Positions 48,145 through 60,047 of a stretch of 64,000 bases of DNA are shown one piece after another. Position 1 is the stretch's first letter. Every line of letters starts with the position of its first letter. The position numbers and the translations under genes were made by a program. The stretch is from positions 682,001-746,000 of the forward strand of contig OX337228.1 in assembly GCA_946965045.2 (NCBI GenBank). The letters run 5' to 3'. The DNA comes from Epithemia pelagica (taxonomy: Eukaryota; Protista; Bacillariophyta). Under the pieces are notes generated by a model. The model worked only from the letters and a program-made list of their open reading frames with translations, had not been told where the DNA came from and made no database searches.

Positions 48145-49059
48145 ATGTACTTGACGAAATCTCTGTCATTCCTCTTCTATACTTCCATGTACCGCGGTGC
48201 GAACGGCTACCTCAAGGGATCATCCTATTCATCCTTTCCCAAAGAAACAGACAAGAAAGGACGGGGATTGGTGGAATCTTGTACGGCAGACGAATCGGTC
48301 AAGGTTCTAGACAGCAAGGATTGTGGGATTGAGTTGGGCAACGGTAATGAGGGAAAGTTTGTCATCCTGGGAGACAATATGAAGTGTGACAACTTTGAGA
48401 ACAATCCAATCGCCATTACGATTTCAGCACCAGGAGTAACCTTGGATTGCAAGAACTTGAAGGTCCAGAACACTGCGGCCGATCCACCATTCATTACGGT
48501 GGGAATCCATATGCTTGCGGACAATATCGCATTGAAAAACTGTGACATATCCGGTTTTCACGACGGAATCCTCTTGGGTCAATCAGCTACCGATACTATC
48601 CAGAATATCCACCTTTTGAGGGTCCACTCCCACGATAATACCGGGGATGGAATTGATGTGCGCAGCAGTCTTTCTGGTGTGGTAGTGGCGAAATCCCAGT
48701 TCAACAACAACAGGGAGAGCGGGGTTGATTTTTTCGAACGAAGCGCCATCAGTCTAACCAATATATTCATGTCTTCTGTCGTGGCCAATAAAAACAAGGA
48801 CGATGGTTTTGCCCTGAAGGGTACAGTGAATGGACTTCTTGTAGACGTTGAAGCCATTGGCAATGAGGGGGATGGAGTTGAGTTTTCACGAACAAATGGC
48901 CCTTTGTCGATTCAGGACTCGGCTTTTTGCAACAACACAGACACAGACTTTGATGGTTCTCAGTTCTCCGGCTTTTCGCATCATGCTATCACATGCAATA
49001 AACAGGACATTGGCATTGGCAATCTTTGCGATTGTAGCTGCCCTGAATTTCCTGTGTAA
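48145..49059 (+). CDS. Secreted parallel beta-helix protein C (more diverged)
   Basis: Same architecture (C.ADESVKVLDSKDC, VTLDCKN, HSHDNTGDGI, CDCSC). Confidence 0.85.
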   Translation: MYLTKSLSFLFYTSMYRGANGYLKGSSYSSFPKETDKKGRGLVESCTADESVKVLDSKDCGIELGNGNEGKFVILGDNMKCDNFENNPIAITISAPGVTLDCKNLKVQNTAADPPFITVGIHMLADNIALKNCDISGFHDGILLGQSATDTIQNIHLLRVHSHDNTGDGIDVRSSLSGVVVAKSQFNNNRESGVDFFERSAISLTNIFMSSVVANKNKDDGFALKGTVNGLLVDVEAIGNEGDGVEFSRTNGPLSIQDSAFCNNTDTDFDGSQFSGFSHHAITCNKQDIGIGNLCDCSCPEFPV

Positions 49060-49419
49060 GATTCTCATGGAGCTTCTTGTTTCATATGCAATCCGTATAT
49101 AGTCATCAGTTTGCAATCCATATATAGTCTTCAGTTTCATTCTTTCTTTGTGTAGGGACCACATTTCATAGCACCCACACCACAATGTACTACAGACAAT
49201 TGAATTCGACAATGAGGGACCATCGCATATTGAAGACAGTGAAAGACGGTTCAATGGATGGTTGTCGTCCATTGATTTGATATCGGAAACCTTAAGGATG
49301 CTGTTGTAGAAGTTGATCGATCAATACGTTGGTTGGAATCCATCGACATTAGGAATGGCTGACCAGAAGAGTGCCGAGTCGACAAGCAGAGCAGCACCAA
49401 CGTCTGCAGAGATAGTGTT

Positions 49420-49752
49420 CTATAGGCAGAAAAGTATCCACAGCGATAATGTTCTAGCCAGCACCAGTAATTCTCTGCCACGAATCCCTAAAGAGAGGCC
49501 AACGACGACGACGACGCAATAACGTACTGCCTCGTAGTCCTGCACGTCGGTACTCGTGTTGTCATGATCCGGAGGACAGGCGGCTCGAACCAAGGCCAAT
49601 TCTGTACTATGGCGACAGTGTGGATTGTCATTGCGTACGGCTACCACATTGCCCATGCGAAGGAAATGAGCTTGCAAGTGTACCATGTCCAACGCGATTT
49701 GGAACATTCCCTTGTCGGGATGAAGTTCTGAAAAATGGGTCTTGTAATGCAT
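49420..49752 (-). pseudogene. Conserved exon/fragment of an unidentified gene (copy 2); upstream part probably in 49967-50530
   Basis: Paralog of 36832-37044; preceded by a ...ACACAG acceptor-like site. Confidence 0.45.
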
Positions 49753-50590
49753 CTGTGTGTATCATGTTAACAACAACCAGAACGACAACAAGTGCAACAG
49801 GCGTCAGTGTATTAGATTGCAAAGAAAGTCATACCAGTGCATGTACGCAGGAAACAGCTCGATTCGTCATGCACGCAGTACCGGACGATAGAATCACCTT
49901 TCGAAACAACAGTCACACCACACTTCCAGTTCTTCTGCTGCAGCCATTGCGGAAGGAACGCTGTTGTTACTGTGGCGGTACTAGTAGCTGATTCAGGGTA
50001 TCCATTCCACAGGCAATTTTGCTCTCAACCTGTAAACACTTTCCTCCAACACACTCGCGAGGACAGGGCGTCAGAAATGCAAAGGGATAAAAGCGTTCCT
50101 GATTCCATTCTTGATAGTTGGGTAAAGTTGCCATGGATCCGTACAGAGTGCGAGTGTGGTCCAACCAATCCTTCCTGTTGGCCGTAATGGTCTCCAATGA
50201 ATCGAACAAGACGGAAACAAAGGGATGTTGTCGACAGGGTCGCAGCCAGGGCAAGGAAGAAGATGATGATGAGTTCTGTACCATTGGGATTGTGGAAGGA
50301 GTGTCAACCGGTAGGTTGGCTGTTGCGTTGTTGTATTCCTTCGTCTTCTTCGAGTCATTGTTTTGTTGTTGTGGCACCAGAGATTCCAGGAGACTCGCTA
50401 GGCGTATCAACACGACAATCAGGCCTACCACTAGAGACGCAACAGGATCACCAACAAGTTGCGGCTTGCCGTTGTCGTCGTCGTCTTTTTCGCCATGGTG
50501 GTTGCTTGTTTTGTGGGGGTCATCGACCACGAGAAGTGCGACTGCTAGAATGACCGGAAAAACACCCTACTAGTTACGAAATGACATTGA

Positions 50591-53077
50591 ATTCGGAGAA
50601 AGACTATAGCTGTCTCTGGAGTTCAAGGACCTATACTCAAACAACTCCGCGAGTTTGATCTGGTGGCGATACCCACGGACAAAACAAACTCGTTCACGCT
50701 AATGTCATCCAGAGAATACGCAAAAGAGATCAAGATTCACCTCGACAAAAGTGCAGTCCGTATCAACAGGTCCAAACTCAACGAAATTGTGGAGAACTGC
50801 TTCTCATTCATCACGGAACTCGGCCGCTATCTGTCCAAGAACGAGAGGGAGTTTCTGAAAGAAAAGGTGAATTCGAAAGCGATTCCCTAACCGAAAATCC
50901 TGGTCAAGGACCACAAAAAGAAGAACTCGAATGGATCCTACCCTACCAGACTCGTGGTCCCTGCAACCAATTTCACTGCTGGATTCCCAAAGATTGGATA
51001 CCTCGGTATCAAGAACCTATTCAAGAAGCACAAGGTTGAGTTTGGACAACGCAACATAGTCCAAGCGTCAGATCTCAAGGACAGGTTGGAGAAGTTCAAC
51101 ATCAAAGCAGGAAATGCCACAATCGTTTCAGTCGACGCAGAGGCGATGTACCCATCAATCAAGTTCCAGTTGATCTATGATGCAGTACAGTACTACGCCG
51201 AAGCTATGCCCCCAGAAACCAACAAAGCAATCAGCCTGTGTCTCGACCTCATCTTCTTTGGGATGTCGAACACATTGATTTTGTTCCAAGATGGGTTCTA
51301 CCTCTACGACGGCGACAAAAAACCCGAAGAACGAGGACTGACGATAGGCGGCTACGAATCAGCTTGGCTGGCGGATTTGGTGATGTCATACCTCCTAGAG
51401 GTGACATACGACACACTCTACGACCCGATGCACTTCTTCGGAGTCTACAGAGACGACGGTTCAGCGGTGTTCAAAGGCAAAAAGACTACAAACGAAATCC
51501 AAGAGTGGCTCGAATCCTTTCAATCTGACATCGACGACATAGCTGGAAACAACTTTTTGAAGTTTACGGCAGTGGTGTGGGACCCGTTAAACCACCACTC
51601 AGAGTGGGACATCTCCAATACTGCGATCACGGTTGACAAATCCTCGTCGTTTCCCTTCCTGGATATGGAGATGTATTGGCTGAGTGAGCAGTCGCTAGCC
51701 TTCAGAGTCCACTTGAAGAAGAATCAACAACTCAAGTATCTCAACAAGGGTAGCTTGCACACTCCGGGATGCTTCAAAGCGATTCCCAATGGAGTGATCA
51801 AACGCCTAACCAAGCTCACATCAATCAACGATTCAAACAGCAACCAAACTCTCGACGAGCTGTATCCAACACATTTCCAAGCCCTGTCCGACGCGAACCT
51901 GATCAAACCAGATCAAATCCCGACCTTGACAGACTCTATTTACGAGATGGAACGAGCGAAGAATGATGAGACCTCAAACGCAACCAAGAAACGCCCCGAC
52001 AGAGACCGGAAAAGAGCGATCTACTTTAGGATTGGGTACTCCAACTTCTGGAGGAGGCCCATCCACAAAGTGATCAAGGAGATCAAAGGACGCTTACCCT
52101 CCCTGTCCTGGTTACGCGTGTCAATGTCCTACCACAGGTTCACGAATATCCGTGAACACTTCCAGGGCGACTTGAACGCCAAACTATCGGACACATTGAG
52201 ATCCCTAGACTTCAAAGATCTTGATTGTAACTGCAGGAACAAGGAAGCCTGCCCCTACGGTGGGAAATGCAGGCGTTCGATAGTAGTCTACAAAGCGACG
52301 TGTCTCAAAACGGGAAAATTCTATATCGGCAACACGCAACAACACGTAAAAAAGCGAATGCAACAACACGTTCAGGATGTCAAAGCCTTAGTCCTCCAGA
52401 ACAAGAACTCCTACTCCTTTGCAAGCCACTTTGCGGCGTTTGTCCCGAGAGACATTCCGAAAAAGGAAATGAAAAACCACGTGAAATTGTGAGTCGAGCT
52501 CCTATGGCAAGGGAAGCCTCTTTCAACCGTAAAAACCTTCGGCACGTAAACGTGCAAACTCTGCGCTCGAGAGAGATTGGAAATCCTACGGGCGACCAAA
52601 TTAAACCCCAAATTAGCAATCAACAAGTGTAACGAAATATACGGCGCATGCCGCCACAAACCGAGATTTCACCGGTTCCCGACCAACAACAACAACCCCA
52701 GCACTGATGAGTCGATAGACGACAAAAGAGTCTCTATCTGTCAGCCTGTCTCAACCACGTCAACTGACTCGAGCTATTCTTGCTTCACGTGGACCTCGAA
52801 CCTGTCCCCCAACACGACTACAACAAATGATGTAAACAACTTTGGTGAGGACAGGAGGGACGAGAGCTTGCTCAATGAAATCCCTTCGATGTCCTACCAA
52901 GAAAGGCGACTTGAAGGCCTCAAAGCGAGGTTTGCCTTCAGTATCCCAAAGACCACTCCCCCAGTGATCCAAATGGACGATAGCAAACTTGAGGACCTAC
53001 CGACCGCCGAAGAATCTTTGATGACTGATGATGTAGTTTTGGAGGACGCGACAGAAGTGCGAGTGACGACTGTCTAG
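50591..53077 (+). mobile_element. 5'-truncated Penelope-like retroelement (RT + CCHH-type linker + GIY-YIG endonuclease), with in-frame stops at 50888, 52490 and ~52548
   Basis: IVSVDAEAMYPSI, GLTIGG, YRDDG, FPFLDM; CNCRNKEACPYGGKC; VVYKATC...YIGNT; three track ORFs in one frame. Confidence 0.92.
52699..52740 (+). ncRNA. Degenerate type-I hammerhead ribozyme
   Basis: CTGATGA-GTCG(ATAGA)CGAC-AAAA-GAG(T)CTC-TA; G12 of the conserved GAAA is replaced by A; stem I is weak. Confidence 0.6.
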
Positions 53078-54608
53078 TCTACACCAAGATCAAAAACCGG
53101 CGTGCGCATTTAGCGAACTAAGAAGTAGAATTGCTTCCCGGCCCTAGGTGGGAAAGAAACTAAACTAGTATTCACACTCTTTGCTGTTTTCAATCTGTGA
53201 TTGATAGTAGTGTAGATAAAAGTAGAGTAGAAACAGGCCCAACACTAACTGGAAAGTGGAATGGCAAAAGACCACAGAGAGGACAAACAAAATAATGCTC
53301 GATTAAAGTTGAGACGAAGATTCTCTTGGAGCCATGGAACAAATCCAGCTTCGTAGGAAAACTAGTGTACAAAACAGACACACATCAGAACCAGGAGCCA
53401 AAGCTTGTACTACTTGGCTCGTGACTAAACGGGTGCAGGGAGGAGGAGGGGCGTATAGTCCACGTAGGGAGTGGCGGCGCGCAGTGCCACCTGTAGTAGC
53501 TCGTGGTGCCGCTCTTTGTCGAAGATCGATTGATTGGTCATCGTTTACACTTACACTGGTTTCGATGTCCATAATGATGGGTACAGTTTCACCCGTGCTC
53601 ACGTCGCCCTCGTCTTGAAATGTGTTATGGACAATGGCGTTCTCTCTGTCCCTGTTTTCTCGTCTGTATGTTGAGAAAGTGGCAATTGATGGATCCATTC
53701 AAAGTTCATAAAAGTGACGAATTGCCGACGGCCAAGATGACAAGAATCATTCATGTTTTCGTTTGGGCGGTGTTTGAGTGTTTGTTGTTTTTGTCGTTGA
53801 TCTCGAGAATTCGGGCTCTCTTTTCAGTTGTTTATTGTTTACTGTTTACACTCATTTATCAGTAGAGAAAATAGACTTAGTAGAACTCTCATTGAGAATT
53901 CAGAAGGGTAATAGGTAGTTGGGTAAAAGGCTCGCTGAGCCGACAATCGATCACCAACCGATACAACAATCCTCCACGGGTCAGAGAAGAGTTGCAAGTC
54001 GAAGTCCGCCGTGGGTGGGGGCAGTCGGTCCACTGATAAGAGGTTAGTCTTAAGATGAGTGTTAAAATGGTGATATTAATGATTGTGAGATGATTACTAA
54101 CTAAGGTGTTTGATGAAGGTCGAGGTCCTGGCTCTTGTATACGGCCATGGATCTGGTGTGATAGGTCCTCAAATGGTTGGAGTAGACCTGCATTGTTGTA
54201 TTGAAAGTATATGCAGTTGTATATCATATACCAATGCCAACAGCTCTTGCTTTGTAGTGATATAGGTAGTTTTCTTGGCGCGTTGTTGATTGCATTCTTG
54301 GAACTGTGGGAATGGAAATATGGTCTCGCGTGATCGTGATTCGTGCTTTGATTACTTAGGCCGTTGAGGTAAGTCGTGGAGGTGCTCACTCGGATCGTGA
54401 TTGCGCGCGCTTGAGAATACTGGGCGCGCACGTGATGGGCCATAGTCAATATCCGAGCGGTCGCCGATAGCGCGTGCATTGCGAGCATGCCTTGGCCAAA
54501 ATTAAAGGTCCGCGAGCATGCCGTCATTCTTTTCTCACTTTTACACAAATGTCATCGGATGCCATAAAATACTAGCATCAGTCGATGTGTTGTAGATTCC
54601 ACCACCAC

Positions 54609-57600
54609 CTAGTTAAAGGTGAGAATCCTAACACTCCCCACAATTCGTCGAGTGAGGATTGTTATTTTCCTTGTCATGCTTCTGAACGTTTCCTCCCCAG
54701 AAGAATATGATCTTGAACATGGTCCATACTTTCGAGAATTTCCAATGCTTACTGACAATGTATCCCGGACGCTCTCATAGGGATATCTCAGGCAATAAGT
54801 AATCAGTTCATCATTCTTCAGTTGGTAGGTCTTGTCGGTGCCCTTTGAGCTATGCTCCCCAGGTGCCTTCTTCATCCAAACATTGGGATCTGCTTTAGTT
54901 GGTGACAAATCCATATCAATTGGGATGTCAAAGAAACAGTCACGCCGACATGCTCCTGAAGATTTTAATCCCTTTGAGGCCTTGTGCGTAATCAAGATGT
55001 GACCTGATTCCTTGAGTTCTTGTCTTGCAACTATCAAGATCTTCTCTCCAGATAAAGCTTCCAGGTCGTGTTCATTTCCAACTTTTGCTCCCCATATATC
55101 CATATCATTGAGAATCCCAAGACAGGTGGTTGTATGAAAGTTGTGAATGGAAGTAGTACACAAAAAGATTGCCTCAACCGGTTCTTTGGTAAAAGCCTCG
55201 TCTGTGATGAGAAGTGCTGGGCGACTATCATCATGTTTTACAAGATGGATTTGAATCTTGTTCTTGTGATACTCTTCTGGTGATGCATTTATCATTTCCC
55301 TTCTCTTGAACTGAGCTTGAACGCAATCCTTGACTTTTGTGAGGGATTGGATCTGTGAAGCCTGAAAGAGCTCAACTTCAGTAGTGTCGTGCCACTTTCT
55401 TTTACCATGTTGCTTGTCTAACAAAACAACTAATTCTTCATTTGTCATTGAAACTTGATAACCAAACTTGTACTTGATGGAACGACAGGCTTGCTTGATT
55501 CTTGACTGCTGTTTGGCAGCTTGAACAAGGCATTTACTGGTCTTGACAAAACGCTTGAGATGTTTCCATCCAAGTTCATTTAATAGGTCATGTTTCTTGG
55601 CATAGGCATCATTTACCATGAGTGACGGAGGCTCATAGATCATCTCCCCAGTCTCCCAATCAACAAGTATATTACAGTGACTTCTTTTGTAGTCAGGATT
55701 GTTGCTAATACTTGACGGTTCTTGATCTGCAACAACGTCCCTGAACTGAAAAACGTCATCTTCAGTTTCCTGTGCTTGGTTGTCCTGTTTGATGTATTCC
55801 ATATGTTGACGGTATGAAATTATCTTGTCAATGTCGGAAATGGATTTGCAGAAAGTGTACTTGATACAGTCTTCTTGCTTGAGAGCATCTTGTTCTAAAT
55901 CAATGACGCATCTTATAAGACACGGTTGTGGTTGCTCCCCATTATACGGTTGTCGTTGCTCCCCATTTTCCTCTGGATCATAAACAAGGAAAGGTTGTCC
56001 AATAGTGTTGTCATGTTTGATCGTTGGAATTTGCGTGGATGGATCTACACCTTTGCTACAAATGAAAACAATGTCAGCTTGCTTGCCGTTGGGTTCACTT
56101 GGAAGCGATTCCTCCCCTGAAGAGGTATCCACACAAAGGTTGCTGGGTGGCGTGGGTGCATCATGAAGAATGGCAGAGTAACAAAGGGTTTGAGTGTCCA
56201 GAGACAAAGTATCACCAATAGGAGGGACAAAAACAAGCCAGTAGCCAAGTGTCGTGACAAAAGAGGGAGGGTAGGGACTGTAGGGACGGTGGGAGAGGGC
56301 ATATGATTCGGTAAAGTAGGGGGCCTTGTCCGAGATAAGGAAGAAAAGAGGGTGGGTAATGCCGGGTGGGCGACCATTGAGGATCTCAAGAGGGATATGG
56401 CCCAAAATGGTCACGACGTATGTTGTCCTCTTAACGGTCTGATAACGGTTCTCAGCCATGTTCTGATCTTGGAGGTATGATTTGGAACAGTACTCTCCAA
56501 GTATGGGTGTGAAGAAGGAAGGTGTATCCGGTCCATGATTGTAAGGTAAATCCAAGAGAAGGTTGAGGTTACAGACAACACGATTGGTATATTTCCCAAA
56601 CGCATCATTTGGATTACCATCATTTTCAACAGTCCTCAAAGAAGGTGCCGTATCTTGCATGGGATCAAGATGCCAATGATTAAAGCCAGTCATGTGATTG
56701 TCGCCGGAGAAAGTAGACATGCGAGAGAGCAGATGTCGAGATGTCTGAACTTTCTGTTTACAATTGTTGTTCTTGGGACAATCATTAGGGATGGATGTTG
56801 TCTTGGTATTGGATTCCAAATTAGCAAGATTAGATGTTGGATGATTGACAACAAGATTGGTCACAACTTGAGGAACACACCGGGTAATCAGATCAGAGAA
56901 ATTATCTTGATGGTCTTGGGAATCATCTTGAATCATGTCGTCAATCCATGCACGACCTGGGTCGGGATCAGGTTCCGGATCAATGTCAAGAGTATGCGTC
57001 TGTTCCATGCATGCAGTTGTTGATGACGGATTCTGGGTAGACTTGTTGTAGGCAATGATTACTTGACGACTATTGTTGTTGAGTTTACTCCACAGATCTC
57101 TTGGAAGACTGATCTTTGGACGAAGCGAAGATGATTTCTTGGTCTTCACGTTAGTTCTCTTAATCATGCGGTGTTTTTCTTTGGGTGATAGATCTTTGAT
57201 ATCAAAATCTTGATCATATTGAAAGTCACATTGCTTGGTATGCTTAAGTCGGTTAGACTTTGGTGCTCGAGTTGCTTGGTCATGATCATATGCGGCATCA
57301 AGGAGAAGACGGAAATATGATTGATAACAAAGTGTCTTTGCACCAGACAAGATGTTGACTTGTCGTAAATCAGGTACCTTTTCAACGGCTTTCATCAGGA
57401 AGGTCATCCTAGTGGAGTGGCCAGGAATGTGATCAAACATTGATCCCAGATTGTCGAGAAGATGGAATTGGTGTTGAAAGTGGAGAAGAAACTGATAGGT
57501 TGTGCCGTGCCATGAATCATCGAGACGAAGATTGGAGATGTAGTTGTTAAGACGTAGCACCTCTCTTTTTGCTAAACGAAATGACGAAATGCAACCTTGG

Positions 57601-58025
57601 TTCAGACGGAGCTTGGTGAAGTCTGCATTGATTCTCCAATGATCATAATTGGCCTTGGTGAGGTTCAACCAGGTAGAGCGAGGTAAATCAGACTGCTGCA
57701 GGGTTGAGGTTTGTTCTCGTGACCAATGTGCTAGGATCTTCAGTTGATGCCTTGTAAATGTCTTCAGATCCATCGTCTTGTTCCCATACTTGTATTGTCC
57801 AAGGTCCTTGATATTCTTTTCTGGATTGACTGCAAGATAGTCGATGACATTCAGAATGTGTTCGAAACCACTATGTTTTATCCATTGATGAAGGGCTTGA
57901 GCTCGTTCTTCATCACATTCAAATAGATGCTGGGTGATATGATTGAACACTTGTGTATCTGATATGTCAGGCGGTACTGAGTCGTCAGAAGGAAGAGAAG
58001 GTGTCTTGGGGTATGTTGGATCCAT
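54609..58025 (-). CDS. Single 1138-aa degenerate gag-pol ORF with many in-frame deletions; no intact IN/RT catalytic motifs, no RNase H
   Basis: Remnants: LRLDDSW.GT..FLLHF (gag), QNMAENRYQTVK (IN), DIWGAKVGN, LKSSGA, KADPNVWMK (RT). Confidence 0.8.
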   Translation of the reverse strand: MDPTYPKTPSLPSDDSVPPDISDTQVFNHITQHLFECDEERAQALHQWIKHSGFEHILNVIDYLAVNPEKNIKDLGQYKYGNKTMDLKTFTRHQLKILAHWSREQTSTLQQSDLPRSTWLNLTKANYDHWRINADFTKLRLNQGCISSFRLAKREVLRLNNYISNLRLDDSWHGTTYQFLLHFQHQFHLLDNLGSMFDHIPGHSTRMTFLMKAVEKVPDLRQVNILSGAKTLCYQSYFRLLLDAAYDHDQATRAPKSNRLKHTKQCDFQYDQDFDIKDLSPKEKHRMIKRTNVKTKKSSSLRPKISLPRDLWSKLNNNSRQVIIAYNKSTQNPSSTTACMEQTHTLDIDPEPDPDPGRAWIDDMIQDDSQDHQDNFSDLITRCVPQVVTNLVVNHPTSNLANLESNTKTTSIPNDCPKNNNCKQKVQTSRHLLSRMSTFSGDNHMTGFNHWHLDPMQDTAPSLRTVENDGNPNDAFGKYTNRVVCNLNLLLDLPYNHGPDTPSFFTPILGEYCSKSYLQDQNMAENRYQTVKRTTYVVTILGHIPLEILNGRPPGITHPLFFLISDKAPYFTESYALSHRPYSPYPPSFVTTLGYWLVFVPPIGDTLSLDTQTLCYSAILHDAPTPPSNLCVDTSSGEESLPSEPNGKQADIVFICSKGVDPSTQIPTIKHDNTIGQPFLVYDPEENGEQRQPYNGEQPQPCLIRCVIDLEQDALKQEDCIKYTFCKSISDIDKIISYRQHMEYIKQDNQAQETEDDVFQFRDVVADQEPSSISNNPDYKRSHCNILVDWETGEMIYEPPSLMVNDAYAKKHDLLNELGWKHLKRFVKTSKCLVQAAKQQSRIKQACRSIKYKFGYQVSMTNEELVVLLDKQHGKRKWHDTTEVELFQASQIQSLTKVKDCVQAQFKRREMINASPEEYHKNKIQIHLVKHDDSRPALLITDEAFTKEPVEAIFLCTTSIHNFHTTTCLGILNDMDIWGAKVGNEHDLEALSGEKILIVARQELKESGHILITHKASKGLKSSGACRRDCFFDIPIDMDLSPTKADPNVWMKKAPGEHSSKGTDKTYQLKNDELITYCLRYPYESVRDTLSVSIGNSRKYGPCSRSYSSGEETFRSMTRKITILTRRIVGSVRILTFN

Positions 58026-58515
58026 GGTAGTATATGGTTGGTTCGTTGTTTATTTAATGTGTGGTGTGATCTGAACCCGGATGTACCACGTGTGTGCCAC
58101 GTATGTCAGTACCCGGATGTGTGTTGTGCTGGGAACCCGGATATGCGGAACTCGGTTTTGTCTCTGGTTTGTTGTGCAAACTACTTAAAGATACTTATCC
58201 TTGGTCACTTCCGGACTCGTTGCGGTGATCGAGTTGAACCAGGGAGTCAGGAATAGTGGTAGCTTCCTCGTCTTGCTCGTAGTCCTCAACAAAGTACTGG
58301 TCAGGTGAGTATTGGGAAGGTAGTTGCACGGAGTCCTGGTCCAGCTTGAGGTCCTGGAATAGGAGAGGGTTGGTGACCCTAGCCTCAGCCAGGCTGGCCC
58401 TGTTGTTGGGTTGGGTAGTTTTGTCCTCTAACTCTTGTTTGTTGGGGTAGCTCAATCTGTAATGGGTGTAGATGGGTCAGTAAGGTATCCAATGCAACTG
58501 CAGGGCAATGAGCGT

Positions 58516-58529
58516 TGAGACTGTTAATC
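58516..58529 (-). promoter_or_regulatory. PBS of element 3, complementary to a tRNA-Asn(GUU) 5' half
   Basis: The + strand reads TGAGA-CTGTTAA-TC, an anticodon arm ending at nt 40, abutting the 5' LTR. Confidence 0.65.
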
Positions 58530-60047
58530 TAGTAGAACTCTCATTGAGAATTCAGAAGGGTAATAGGTAGTTGGGTAAAAGGCTCGCTGAGCCGACAATC
58601 GATCACCAACCGATACAACAATCCTCCACGGGTCAGAGAAGAGTTGCAAGTCGAAGTCCGCCGTGGGTGGGGGCAGTCGGTCCACTGATAAGAGGTTAGT
58701 CTTAAGATGAGTGTTAAAATGGTGATATTAATGATTGTGAGATGATTACTAACTAAGGTGTTTGATGAAGGTCGAGGTCCTGGCTCTTGTATACGGCCAT
58801 GGATCTGGTGTGATAGGTCCTCAAATGGTTGGAGTAGACCTGCATTGTTGTATTGAAAGTATATGCAGTTGTATATCATATACCAATGCCAACAGCTCTT
58901 GCTTTGTAGTGATATAGGTAGTTTTCTTGGCGCGTTGTTGATTGCACTCTTGGAATTGTGGGAATGGAAATATGGTCTCGCGTGATCGTGATTCGTGCTT
59001 TGATTACTTAGGCCGTTGAGGTAAGTCGTGGAGGTGCTCACTCGGATCGTGATTGCGCGCGCTTGAGAATACTGGGCGCGCACGTGATGGGCCATAGTCA
59101 ATATCCGAGCGGTCGCCGATAGCGCGTGCATTGCGAGCATGCCTTGGCCAAAATTAAAGGTCCGCGAGCATGCCGTCATTCTTTTCTCACTTTTACACAA
59201 ATGTCATCGGATGCCATAAAATATACTAGCATCAGTCGATGTGTTGTAGATTCCACCACCACCTAGTTAAAGGTGAGAATCCTAACAAGACTATAAAATT
59301 TTAAGTACCAGACGTCATCTGCTATGATCCATACGAGTACGTCATCGTTGATTCGGAGGGCTTCGTCCAATTCTTTTAAATGGAGACGACTTTTTCACGT
59401 GTCTTTCCGAGGAGCAGGAGTTCTCTCCATGGAAGCTTTTCAGCGACCCATCCGCTTCCTCATAGTGCACCGTGGGCGCGGATGTTGTTAGTCCTCGCGT
59501 GTGTAATCGCCACACATGCCGGGCGCGTCGGTCGGCGTTTCCCCTGAGTGGGTACGTGCGGCAGCGTTATAATAGATTCAATTTTTTTTTTTTGTTCGGG
59601 GAGGCTCCGTGAAAAACCAAGCCCAGAAAGATTATGTTTGCGACGTCAAAATCCAAAATCTTTTTGTGGCATTCCATATCCCATCACGGTGACTCCTTGT
59701 TGGATGATATGGAGTACGAAGATCAACCACTTTCAACGTCAGGGTTCAATCGAATCTCGGATCTCTGCCTTCTTCATGCGTTTTATCTCCAAGAGAGAAA
59801 CCAAGAGACTGAGAAGATCCACGAACGATCCATTAGAATATCTTCTGGATGGCCACGCACGACAAAGTTGGACTGGGAAAATCCGATCGAAAGTCAATTA
59901 TGTTCTGGACGATGGATCCTAGACCAGGTTAAGCACAACGTCGGTTGTTGGGGGGAACAGGAGGATACTCATCTTCTTGTCTCATAAATTGATCAAATCG
60001 AGAATCTCGAAGCAACGTCAAAACAACAAGTAAACACATCGGAAGCC

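Larger units (their letters stand above)
53878..59287 (-). mobile_element. Ty1/copia-derived non-autonomous LTR element 3
   Basis: LTRs 53878-54633 and 58530-59287 (~2 substitutions plus a 2-bp indel), termini TG...TA, TSD AGACT (53873-53877 / 59288-59292), PPT GTGGGGAG. Confidence 0.95.

Noticed and set aside
52490-52492. Selenocysteine UGA in the Penelope-like ORF
   Set aside because: Not at an evident Cys position, and accompanied by two TAA stops; simple decay is more likely.
53303-53698. 131-aa minus-strand ORF after the Penelope-like element
   Set aside because: No recognisable domain; cannot tell whether it belongs to the element or the host.
53889-54548. 219-aa ORF within both LTRs of element 3
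   Set aside because: No recognisable motif, and identity between copies only reflects LTR youth.
59548-59987. ORFs upstream of the YcaC-like gene
   Set aside because: No motifs; probably promoter or intergenic sequence.
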